A stretch of DNA of 60,237 nucleotides, filler included, from Hausera hauseri (taxonomy: Eukaryota), in the NCBI GenBank assembly GCA_046269625.1. It is 12 parts of 12 records of this genome, joined end to end, with 100 filler letters (N's around TTAATTAATTAA, not from the genome) between each part and the next. Parts side by side here need not be neighbours in the genome. Positions count along the whole stretch, not along the records: positions 46,285 to 50,339 come from JBJURY010791202.1; positions 50,440 to 54,855 come from JBJURY010592667.1; positions 54,956 to 60,237 come from JBJURY010291503.1; 9 more parts are not named here. One strand, 5' to 3'. The translations under genes were made by a program, and so were the position numbers. The notes under the pieces were generated by a model. The model did no database searches, was not told the DNA's origin, and saw nothing but the letters and a program-made list of their open reading frames with translations. How positions within the stretch are numbered: the stretch's first letter is position 1; each line of letters starts with the position of its first letter. Of the stretch, positions 49,481-60,237 are shown one piece after another.

Positions 49481-49657
49481 TGCCTGATATTAAAGCATTA
49501 ATGCTTAATGTTAAAATATTGACTGCGTCTTTAAATTGTTGTGTTTGTGATAAGAAGGAGATGACGGATACTTGTATTGCTATGACAATTTTTATTATCT
49601 TAACAACACTGACAAGGCAAAATGTGAAATTATCATGAAACCGGCTACAACATCTTT

Positions 49658-50339
49658 TCAGTTGTTGCTGACGAGGTACTCCATGAGAGCATTTCGGAGA
49701 TATCTTCCCTCTGCCACATCCCGTGCCACTCCCGGACCCGGCTGCTGGTGCGCAGGTGCTGGCACTGGTGCAGCTCCTGCATCAGGCTGGTCCAATGTTG
49801 TCTCGTACCTCTCTCCATGGCTTTCGCAAAGGTTGTGTAGAGCACAGCAGGTCTGCACCATCAACTTTACGAGTTGCACATCACAGTCATTTTGTTTCAG
49901 AAGGCAACGCCATCTTCCCTTAAGTCTGCCAAAAGCATTCTCCACCACAACACGTGCACCACAAATTCTCTTGTTGTATAACTGCTGTTCTGCAGTGAGC
50001 CTACCAGTGTCAGAGAAGGGTTTTAGGAGCCAGTGAAGCAAAGGATAAGCTGAGTCTCCCAGGATGTAGTAGCCGGTATCCACTGTGCCAATGCTCCTGG
50101 TGTGTGGTGGGAAGAGGTTTCCCCGGTTGGCAAGCTCTGACAGAGCAGAGAGTCTGAAAACCCTAGCATCATGAGAGTTTCCTGACAGTCCAGCAAACAC
50201 ATTCCAAAACAGTCCCTTTCCATCCACAACAGCCTGAAGTATAATGGAATGCCAACCTTTTCTGTTGAAGTAGTCTGTGTGGTACTGTTGTGGTGCTATA
50301 ATGGGTATGTGGCTGCCGTCAATTGCACCCACACAATGT
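49658..50339 (-). CDS. Harbinger DDE transposase (HARBI1-like), C-terminal part, open frame
   Basis: CVGAIDGSHIPI, YFNRKGWHSIILQAVVD, HDARV, GDSAYPL, RVVVENAFGRLKGRWR, CCALHN. Confidence 0.96.
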
Positions 50340-51636
50340 NNNNNNNNNNNNNNNNNNNNNNNNNNNNNNNNNNNNNNNNNNNNTTAATTAATTAANNNNN
50401 NNNNNNNNNNNNNNNNNNNNNNNNNNNNNNNNNNNNNNNGAATGATTCAATATGCCTGCGGAAACGGAATAGGTTTTCGAACTACACAGGTGAACGAAAT
50501 ACAACCAAGATTGAAAGAAGTTTAAGAAGATGTGCAAAGAATAAATACAGCCTTGGTGGAATGCAGACCTCCGGATATTGGAACGAACCCGAGTGGTACG
50601 CCTACTTAGACGCGATATTTGTAGAAAGATCCGCGACTCCTATACAGCTAAATGAAATAGAAACATGTCCGCGGAACAAGAGGTTCAAGGTGGAGATGCT
50701 CCTGGATTCAGCTCTAATGGAAAAAGATCTAATCGAACTAATTTACGTAAACATTACTGAAAGTAAGTTAAGACAACTTATTCCGACATTAACTAAATTA
50801 TCTAGTGAGAATACAATTTATACCACGGTGCCGAAACTTTTGATAAGGAAATACTTTAAAATACAATTAATAGATGTCGGGATTATCCCTGACTAAACAA
50901 ATTGGATAGTAGCAATAATAGCTAACGAACAGACAAAAGAAAAGGCCACACGTAAAGCTAAACGGAACAATGCGTGTGACAAATTATGGGAGTCCGTAAT
51001 GCTGCAATGTATTTTGAGTATTTACAAACGGATGAAAATAAGGAACAATATGACATATAAATTTAATACCACTGAGTGAAATAACAACAAAAGGCCCAAG
51101 GCCGAAACGCTCAGTTGGTAGGCCTAAAAAGATACGAGAAGAAGTCGATTATAATGGAGAATTAATTAGAGAAATGAGACAGATGTCGATTCCAACCTTC
51201 AGTACAAACAATGAGAAATTAAGCCAGTTGATGAAGAATTTAATACGAATTGTAAATCACTCAAGCCTTCGAGATGATGTATTAGATGATAAAAAAAAAA
51301 TTTTCGATGCAGCTAAAATGATGAGAAGTTCGCGTTTAAAACTATAGAAAAGTAACTTTACTGATGAATCGGTAATTGAAAAAATTATGTTAGAGAACAC
51401 CAACAGAGTTAAGAAAAGTATTACTATATTTAGCTATCAAAATAAACCCTAATAGGGAAAATGAAATCAATAGAGCTGTAAGTTTAGTACGTAAAGCAGC
51501 AAGAAGATTGCCCTACGACGTAAATTGATCAAGACTATTCGAAAAGGAGGAAGACAGGCGGGAGAGTAATAAACTCGATGATATGTTGCGTAATTTAACA
51601 ACGACGGATGCCGGCTACCGGAAAAACGAATCAAAT

Positions 51637-53460
51637 TGGTTAATCAGCCTTCTCACCTTGATGATGCTAATAAAGCACATAAGCGCTGTTACCGTCTACT
51701 ACTATAATAAGTTTAAATTAGGGCAGAGATATTCCTTAATGGGTCTGGAGGTGTGCCAAGATACCACACCGCACAAGTTGGAGACAAGAGAGAAAAATTA
51801 CTTCCTGTGTCAACAACAAGAACTAATATCATTAGATGGAACGGAATGCATATTGAGACGATCACGTAGCATTTTAGACAGTGGGTTGGAACACGGACAT
51901 TCTTCAATAATCAAACCAACAACTCCTCTAATTCCAATGAATTTAGAACGCCAGCACTGCAAACAAGCTAAGGAGACTGGAAGGGTACAATGGGACAGTA
52001 TGCAATTAGAAATGCAATTAGGAAAGATAATTAGGGCGTATAAGATAGTGGCCGGAAGATTGCATATGCATAGAGTACATTGTTACGGAGCGGAATACGA
52101 TACCGGAAAAGGATTACAAGCGAATGTAGTGGTCGTGGATTTTTACGAATCAGAAATGCGATCACAGAAAGTAATGTTCCATAGTGTCACTAAGTTATAC
52201 ATTGAGAATCAAAAATGTCATTTACAAGACGGAAACTGAGCATTTAGAAGTTCTGTTATAATCTTGGAACCTCCATCTGGAAGAACTTGTAATTTTATTA
52301 AAATTAAGGAACTGAAGTTTAATGAAACTACGGGAAAGCGATATGCGGATAAATCGGAAAGCAACTCGAGGACACGCGAGGATGTATCAGAACACTCTAC
52401 ACCCACTATATTAATCTCGGATCAGCACGGATTGAAATTTATTAAAAAAGAGATTATCTCTTGTTGTGATATAGTGCTGTTCGCTACTAACTATGAGGTA
52501 TTTTTCGTCGCAGAAACGGAAATAAATGCAAAGACTTACAAACTAAAAACGCAGGATGTGCGAATTGAGGACTATCTGAAAAACAAAGACGATTACTTCT
52601 ATTACAAACGGCAAATCGGAATAACGGAGTTGTATCACAAAATGATAATGAATAACTGTAAATTAGATACCGAGATCATGAGGACAAAATTGGCCCTTAT
52701 ATACGCCAACCCAGAAATGGTTTCTCCAATAATACCTACGACAGAGGGAATTTTCTGTCGGGTTACAGGCGAAGTACTGCTAACCTATGAATGCGAAAAG
52801 AGAGATGTACCCCTCAACGTGGAAGAAAAACGTTGCATTCAGGAACTTCCTGTCATCTATCAGAATACTCCGAGGTTAGCTACACCATTGACAAGAGTGT
52901 TATTGGATAACGCTACCCAACCAACTATCTTTAAAGATTGTAAAGCAAGCTTAGGCGAGCCCATGTTTAGACGTAGTGAAACAGATTGGGTTAGTTTGCC
53001 AAAAGAGGTATTACTGCCGCTCCAAATAAATTAACAGAAAAAAACCTTGCGAAAGGAATTACGGACGATAAATTTCAAGATACCTCGTCGAAGGGCATAT
53101 ACAGGCCTAAGGAAATCGAAGCCTTCAGACAATTCCTCGCTTTTCCGCAACAAAGAACACAAATTAAATCGAGCCATGGCCTCAGTAATAGATGATACCC
53201 AATATCAAGCTAAATGGGAATCTCTACTTGGCGTAAACCATTATCAACGAGTAACGACCGAAATACTCTATAAAATTTAGGGACGATTTTTGATTTTCGG
53301 ACAAGACGCATCGGGATTTTTACCGATATATTTCCTGATACAAATGATTAAAGCAGTCATCCAAGCAGTAATAAATTGGTAAGAAATATTTACATTAACT
53401 GGATTTTCATATAAAATACTGACTGCAATCGTAACGCCCTTTGGAAAGTTATTAAAGACA
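51637..53460 (+). pseudogene. Chuvirus-like envelope glycoprotein (class III fusogen-like)
   Basis: Signal-like WLISLLTLMMLIKHISA; YSL..LEVC; HSS; C...TG; VAG..HCYG; YLKNKDDYF; NC.L...RTKL; GEVLLTYEC; CIQELPV; PLTRVL; GIY...FP; C-terminal hydrophobic FLIFG...IYFLIQMIKAVIQ. Confidence 0.8.
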
Positions 53461-54149
53461 TACGAAGAAAATAAATGGAAATTGGACGTAGAACGCCATA
53501 TTGGCTACTATAATTGTAAACGAAGACGAAGGCCTGTATTCTTGCGAAAGCGGAAATTTTCAAAACCTAATACGCGAAGAAATATTTCAGATGATGACGA
53601 GCCTAAGGGAGGAGAAGTACTTCCAGGAATAAACAGATATGAGACGTACTCTGTCATTAAAGCGCCATTGTCTATGCTATCTTCTACCGCTCCAGTCTAT
53701 GAAGATTGTGCCAAACGATCAATGAGTTCATGTCAGACGGAGATTTATAAAAGAACAATTAACGTAGAAGACCCTTATTAAGGAACGAAACGCTATGGAA
53801 TCCTACGGAAAATGTGTTACCGACAATCCGCAGATGGTCCCAGGATGTTGTATTCTCTGAGAGAACCTTGAAATATAGAAACTAAATAAACGATTTGGGA
53901 TAATTCAAGATTAAAAACCTTTCAAAATACTGAATTACACACTAACAATCGGGAACCGTTAATCAGCACTTACGAAGTAGAGGACTTAAATATCGAAAAC
54001 AATGAATTATATCCAAACGGGGAGTTAAGACAACTGGCAGAGCATATAGTGTCCTCCCCAGAAATCTGAATTAACGGACACAAGATATCGGCGGTAAAAC
54101 GCTCAAAGAATACATTGAATTGTTTCAGAACGGAAATAGAAGGAAGACC

Positions 54150-54855
54150 CTTCGCAAAAATCATTATAGGAGATTGAGAAGTTTATGCTTTAATCGATAC
54201 AGGGTCTGAAATATCTTACATTAAAAACGATTCAATATCTGAAACGCTAAGTGGACAATTACATCCACCATCTACCAAGGATCCAGGAAGCACGGCAGCT
54301 TTTGGTGAAATGTCGAAACCGATGTTTAAATGGAATCCAGAAGTCCAAATAGTTAGACAAAAATTTAGTCATGAGTTTTCAGTTATGGAACAATTTACCG
54401 ACGATGTCGTCTTAGGATGTGATCTACTCAAAAGAATACCAAATATAATGATCGACTTACAAACGGGGAGGCTGGTAAAAATCGGACTAAATAAAGGTAT
54501 AAAAAACGCCAAAGAAAGAAAATTTGGAGAAGTATGGATACCAATTGATGAAAACATTCTACCAAGAACGGAAATGCTAATTTACGCCAAAATACAGCAA
54601 GATGACGATCAAGCGGTATATTTTGAACCTAAAGATACATTAGATTTAAATATAATGTTTAGCAATATACTAACAAGAGTACACTCCGGTCGGTTGCCAA
54701 TCAGAATAGCTAATAACGCACCAACCCCCGTTAGGCTTCATGTTTATACCACTCTAGGAAATACCTATAGAGTATCGTCAGTAACTATTGAAGAAAAAAC
54801 TTATAAATATGCTGAATTTCCACTTCATGTCGAAAATAAGTTTTCACCTGAGTCT
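54150..54855 (+). pseudogene. Retropepsin-like aspartic protease plus dUTPase-fold-like spacer of Gypsy pol
   Basis: VYALIDTGSEISYI, DDVVLGCDLL, then ILPRTEMLI...LPIRIAN...VRL...TLG. Confidence 0.88.
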
Positions 54856-56299
54856 NNNNNNNNNNNNNNNNNNNNNNNNNNNNNNNNNNNNNNNNNNNNT
54901 TAATTAATTAANNNNNNNNNNNNNNNNNNNNNNNNNNNNNNNNNNNNNNNNNNNNTCATATTTTAAATGCATATTATAATTACTTATTATATATTATTTA
55001 TTATAAACACGTATTATATACCCTTCATGAACAATTTTTGTTTTTGCAAATCATATATATTGCTTTAATGCATTTTAGTGTAAAAGGAATACTTAGGCCA
55101 ATTTGCCCGAATCGCCTTATTGTTAAGTTCAACTGAACTGTCACAATCGACAATTGGAATGCTGTACAGGTGCCAAATATTTGTTAGCTTTCAGTTATAT
55201 TCGTTGTTATTGTTTAAAGATGTCGTTTTCATTCTAGGAATACGTAACGACAATAAAAATGAAAGTGTCTGTCAATATGATAATACTATGCTATATTTAG
55301 TTGCTTGTGCTAGGACCCATCGGTGACGAAAAGAACGCGTGGAACGATAGATTATCTCGCACCGGAGACTGCGCAATGTCGGGCACAGTACAGACGTTGA
55401 GTCATAGTCGTTGGGTTGTATAATATGAGGGGTTTTCATTATTTCATAAATTTTAGTTAATAATACAGATACAGAGTGGTTTTGAATTTCTTTATGGAAT
55501 AAACTATATAGGAATAAATTAAGCTAAAATTATTGAAGGAAAATTTCTCAATGGGATTTTGATAGATGTTAATTCGAAAATGAGTTCGCGGTGCACGTAA
55601 TTGGTTTCTTGTTTGCAAAACAAGCAATATTGCCTTGACCGGAAGATGCTAAAATCTTTTTCCAGTGTGACACAATGATCATTAAACTTATTCATACAAA
55701 CACAAAAAACTTATTGGTTTAAACTATTTGGCCACTTTTTTAATTTCGGCTCTTGTTGATTTTTACACCTGCAAATTCAGTATTTCTTCCAGAATCTTCC
55801 CATGCCGGTTAAGTACTTTTTCGTCCGTTAGTGTTTCGGAACTGATCGTTTGGTTGGGGTGATCATTTAAAATTTTGCGCTGCCTGCCGACGTTCTTATT
55901 AAAGACAGCCAAGTTTTGGGTGGTCCAGTCGGATCATATGAAGTGCAATTCCCTCCTCACTTATGAGTGTTGGTAGGATGGTTTGTTGTTTCGATGATAG
56001 CGCGCAACCAACCATTTGTTCCTTCGATCAATGTAGAGTTTCAGTGGAGTCGAAATATCTTTCATGCACTTCTGTTGCGATTTGATACTGGAGCGGCAGA
56101 GGTTCTGTCTCGTATTATCGTACGTTCCAATTAATGAAGTACGGGCGTCTAGGTGATATTTGTTTCGGTTTGGACCGGTGTTGGGTCATGAATTACAAAA
56201 GTGTACAAGTCGAATGGATCGTCTTCTCGTAGTTTACCCAAACTTTTCTACTTCAGACATGCTGGGTGATTCTTGTTCGATCAAGTCGTCCGTATCTTA

Positions 56300-59200
56300 C
56301 TCATGATAGCCGAATGCTGGTTTTACGTTCGATAGGTGAACTATACATTCAGTACAGTTGCATACTATTTTGGCACTGTGCTCAGTCATTTCTGAGTTTG
56401 TAGAACCCGTGTCTTTGTCGGTTTTTAAGCACACAAAGGAAGATTCTTAAAGATTCTTCTACACGAGTGCTTTTTTGTGGTTATTGTGGAATGCAGGGTT
56501 CTTGTCAATTGATAAATAATTTCGTGGTAGGTTAAGAGCAAAGATGAAAGTTACTTCCTCATTGCTCGTAAAATCGTACAGGAATGAAATGAACACCAAA
56601 TAATAATTGTTATGAAGAGGCATCGGTGCTAGTATTAGGAGTGTTTCTACAACCCAATAGCACGATGGGCAGCTCATCTAGACAGTTTTTCTTGTAATGG
56701 CATACGATTCGTAAGGGTGATTTGAGTTTGGGATTAATCGTTCAATCAAACCGTTCGCTTGTGGATGGTGTTTTGAACCAAGTGACTTGGTTAATTAGTT
56801 GAACATTGTTGATTTGAATTGGGTACCTTGATCTGTTGATCGAGAAATCTGTGTATTTAGTAATACGGCCGCAACCCTTTGCGTTGTAATTTGGCGAATT
56901 GGAATAGCTTCGGGCTATTTCGTTTTCCTGTCAAGAATGGCTAGGATAAACTGATATCCTTTACATTCGGGAAGTAGTCCTACTATATCCGTATGAATGG
57001 TTTCAAACCCTAGCCAGTAGGATAGTGCAATATTGGTGGATGTAGTCTTATTGACTTTATACTGTTGACCAAGTGAACATTCCTTTGTCCAACGCATTAT
57101 ATCCCTTAGAATGCGAGGCCAACAGACTACTGCTTACTAGACGAGCTGTGGTTTTGATCCGGGGTGATAGATATTGCGGGTGGTATCGAATGTCTATTTC
57201 CACACGTTTTCTACAAGAATGGGGCCTGGTCAACCATTGAGGATGGTGTTATAATATATTCCATCCTTGTCGAATGTCTTGAAGAACGTGATATCGTCTT
57301 AGAATGGAGGGGGCATGATCGTGCAGATTGTGAACACATTTCCTTTGAGGAAGAGTCGGAAATGTTTGATGCTGAGAATTATAGCTAGTAATTTGTGGGA
57401 AAATAATTCAATTGGAACATGTTTGTTACCGACTGGTTGGGTGAGTATGACACCTGCAGCAATTGTGGATGCATCTGTCATTAAGATAAACGGTGTATCT
57501 AAATAATAAACAATTTAGGATAGTGTAGTATGTGGATGTGAAATAGTGCCGTTTTTGCATCGGCAAATGCCTGTTCAGCCTTATCTGTCAAATTTATCTG
57601 GGATTTCTTATGTCCCTAACTTAAAGCAGACAGAGGCGGCAGTATTTCCAAACAGTGAAGAATGTAGCGATAACAGGAATTAATTGTGCCAAAGAAGCTG
57701 CGAAGCCCAGACTGTGCTGAATATTGAATTCTGTAGTTACCGCAATGTCGGTATGAACCGTCTTTTTTGACTATCATGTGCAGTTGTGATGTCCATAGCG
57801 ATGTAGAGCTGTGAATCATGACTGGTTCTTTGAAGTATCTAAATTCAGCTTCCGCGGATGCTGGCTTGACAGGATCAACCTTCCCATATGGTTGCCGAAT
57901 TGGGCGATCACATGATGTGACAAGAAAATGTGATGTTTTCACATCTTTCTGTGTTTCTTGTGTTCAGCGTTTGGGTATTGCACTTGGAGCAATGGTGCGA
58001 TCTCAACGGAATTTGAAATTTTGATGCTCGTGACCGCGTTTATGATTAGAATAAATACACGTGGAGGCAATGAATTGCACCCACTGGTCGGAACCAAGAA
58101 ATGGTTGCATGACGTCGGCCAATATGAAAGACCTGTGGTTGGAATTCGCGTGCCATTGGCAGCTTTGAGCGATGCGTGAGACCAACGTTGGTCTAGCGTA
58201 TATGCTAGGTATCAGCGATAAAGCTGCGCCTGTGTCGATTAAAAAATGGAGTGTTTTCGAGATGCCAGTGTTGTAGCTCTTCTTCAAGTTTGAAAATAGC
58301 GTTGACGATGTGTTCCATATTTTTGTGCGGCATTTGTGATGATTGGATTTCCAGTCAATGTGCCGATGATCGTGTGGGTCTATTTAGTTTTTTGACGGCT
58401 AATAAAATTTGCGGCCGCGTCAACAGATTTTTGCATCTAGACCAAAGTGATCGTGATAAATACAAGTGTCATGCATTTTCACAGCTGGGGATGACTTGTC
58501 TTAGAGACAGCAGTGATAACATTTGTGGTGGACTCGCCGAATCGCGTATGAAAATAGCAAATTTTAAAAAGTTTGCCTTTCTGGCGCTTGGGGGTTTGAC
58601 GTCCAGGTGACGGTTTGTCTCTGGTCGGCAGATTCTTGGGGGTTACAAGTGTCTGCAGGGCAGCAATAATTGTGTCCAGTTGATTTTGTTGGATCGCATT
58701 AACGGACTTAATGCTTCCGGTGTTGCGAATGCTACGGTGTCTTTATTACACTCGTATATTTTATCGGCTTTCGATGCCACCGTCCAATATGATATAATAC
58801 AGCAATAGCACAAGTGCCGCTTAAACTTGGCTTGGCAAACTACTAAGGAAGTAGTCGCTTTGTGAAAACCAAGTAAAATTGGCCTCGTGATGACAGATAT
58901 GCTTTGCATATGGCTGATTTAATTTTACCAAACGGCTTTTCATCTTACAGCAATGTGACTTGATCCGTTATGCCTGAGAGCGTTATTGACTGCAGCTATT
59001 GAATCAGGGTTAGGACCTTTTTAACTGGCTAGTAATGCTGTATTGAGTGGCCAATGTTTCAAACACATAAAACCACTTCAATGGCATTCCGTCTGTACCG
59101 ATGAAGAAGGTTAAACACGCTTGTTTGGGCGGTTTGGTCGGTGCTGCTGAAGCAAGTTCGGCTTTTTTGTCGGGCGCATTGGTGTCAACGAAAGTATGGT

Positions 59201-59540
59201 TATTTTCTATGAAAATTGTTGATATTGTGCGATATTTTCCGTTGTATAAAAATATGTTCTATATATTGTTGGTTCAATATCTGCAGCATTTCCGTAAACG
59301 TCGTGGTTAGAAAGCGATTTTTGTAGAGCTGTGCCGCGTTTGGCATTTCTTTGTTTAATAATCGTATATTCTTGTTCAGAATGACTCGAGATTTACTGAT
59401 TGAATTTGAATTTGCTGACGATGTTGTTAACCGGATTTATTTAAAAGTATTTGAAGATTTAGACGGATTGCTATCAACAGTTGTGCTTGGTGTATTGGGC
59501 GTTAATTCGGTAACCACTGCCACCACTTTAATAACCCTAT
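56300..59540 (-). mobile_element. Ty3/Gypsy copy D related to the Ubl-Gag lineage (gag-PR-RT-RNase H-integrase), heavily degraded
   Basis: Gag PLKWFYVFE...IT; knuckle CIYHDHFG..AKIC; FLIDTGAALSLIP; WTSQLHMIVKKDGSYRHCGNYR; TDAS..AAG; IHTDIVGLLPECKGYQFIL; TDQGTQF; HPQANGLIER. Confidence 0.88.
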
Positions 59541-60237
59541 TAATCGCAACAGCCTTAACCTAGTTCAATAAAAAATATGACCGAACAGTCGAATGAAACG
59601 ACTGGGAAAAACAAAATAAAAGAAATAACAAACATGTAAAATGTTGAACTTATTTCCTACTTCATTGTGGGCAGGTTCGTGTGCCAATTCGAATGATTCC
59701 TCGGTGGTGATCGGATGGAACCGGCCAACAACTCCGGCGAAGAGAAATCGACATCTCTTAGGAAGTGGAGGTGAGCATCTTTTAATTCACATTATTTACT
59801 CATACATAAGATTGCAAGGAAATTTACCATTTTCAGGAAACCATCATTTTATCATTAGTAAGACGGTTTTTGAAATTTTGGTTCCATTCTAATTCGAACA
59901 TGTACTGCATAGATAATACATACTTTGACAAGTGAGTTTTTCTGAGTGTTCTAAACTCATGAAAAGTTAGATATTATCATGACTTTCGTGTGAATTACGA
60001 AGTCAAGTATTTCAAGATTTTAGCTAAATATAATTTATCCTCGATTTAAAAATTACTAATTGACTTGTACAAAAAACTAGAATTTTAAGAGGAAATTTAA
60101 ATTACACAATGCTAACTTTTAATTAGGCAAGAAAATATTAACGTTTAAAAACATTTAAAACTGATGTCTTATTTCATTTGAAAATATCGCATACAGCGCC
60201 ATTCCCCGCTGGTGGGGAGTTTTTGAACTTTTTTTTG

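Larger units (their letters stand above)
46844..50339. mobile_element. PIF/Harbinger DNA transposon (one end plus both genes), inserted in the BEL LTR
   Basis: TAA followed by TIR-like agcttcgttcccattgg and ACTCGG-like subterminal repeats; convergent Myb/SANT and DDE genes. Confidence 0.9.
50440..54855 (+). mobile_element. Ty3/Gypsy element with order N-terminal ORF - chuvirus-like glycoprotein - protease, pseudogenised
   Basis: See the two sub-features below. Frame +1 runs from ~51421 to 54855, broken by point stops and a short compensated frameshift near 53040-53160. Confidence 0.85.

Noticed and set aside
60199-60237. GC hairpin plus T-run resembling a bacterial intrinsic terminator
   Set aside because: Eukaryotic context at a contig end with no upstream gene.

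Overview
This window is not one locus. It is 12 short contigs (about 4-7 kb) joined by artificial 100-bp linkers (44 N + TTAATTAATTAA + 44 N), so adjacency across linkers means nothing. Most contigs are AT-rich animal-type eukaryotic DNA full of decayed mobile elements. These include four copies of one Ty3/Gypsy lineage and two copies of a second Gypsy lineage. There are also Polinton/Maverick (adintovirus-like) capsid, integrase and pPolB relics, a young PIF/Harbinger nested in a BEL/Pao LTR, RTE/Jockey LINE scraps, and hAT/Helitron ends. Host pseudogene fragments are P5B-ATPase, USP32, DNAAF5 and a Ser/Thr kinase. Contig 1 differs: it carries an intact, GC-rich ~1000-aa D5-type AEP primase/SF3 helicase gene typical of large DNA viruses. 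Two architectures stand out. (1) In the first Gypsy lineage, Gag is preceded in frame by a ~70-aa ubiquitin-like domain ending in a di-glycine directly before the Gag Met, seen in three diverged copies (RIRGG|M, KILGG|M, and KFRGD|M with one substitution). This suggests host deubiquitinase-type processing of Gag. (2) In the second Gypsy lineage, a chuvirus-like envelope glycoprotein lies upstream of, and in frame with, the aspartic protease. All family assignments come from motif recognition by eye; no searches were run.
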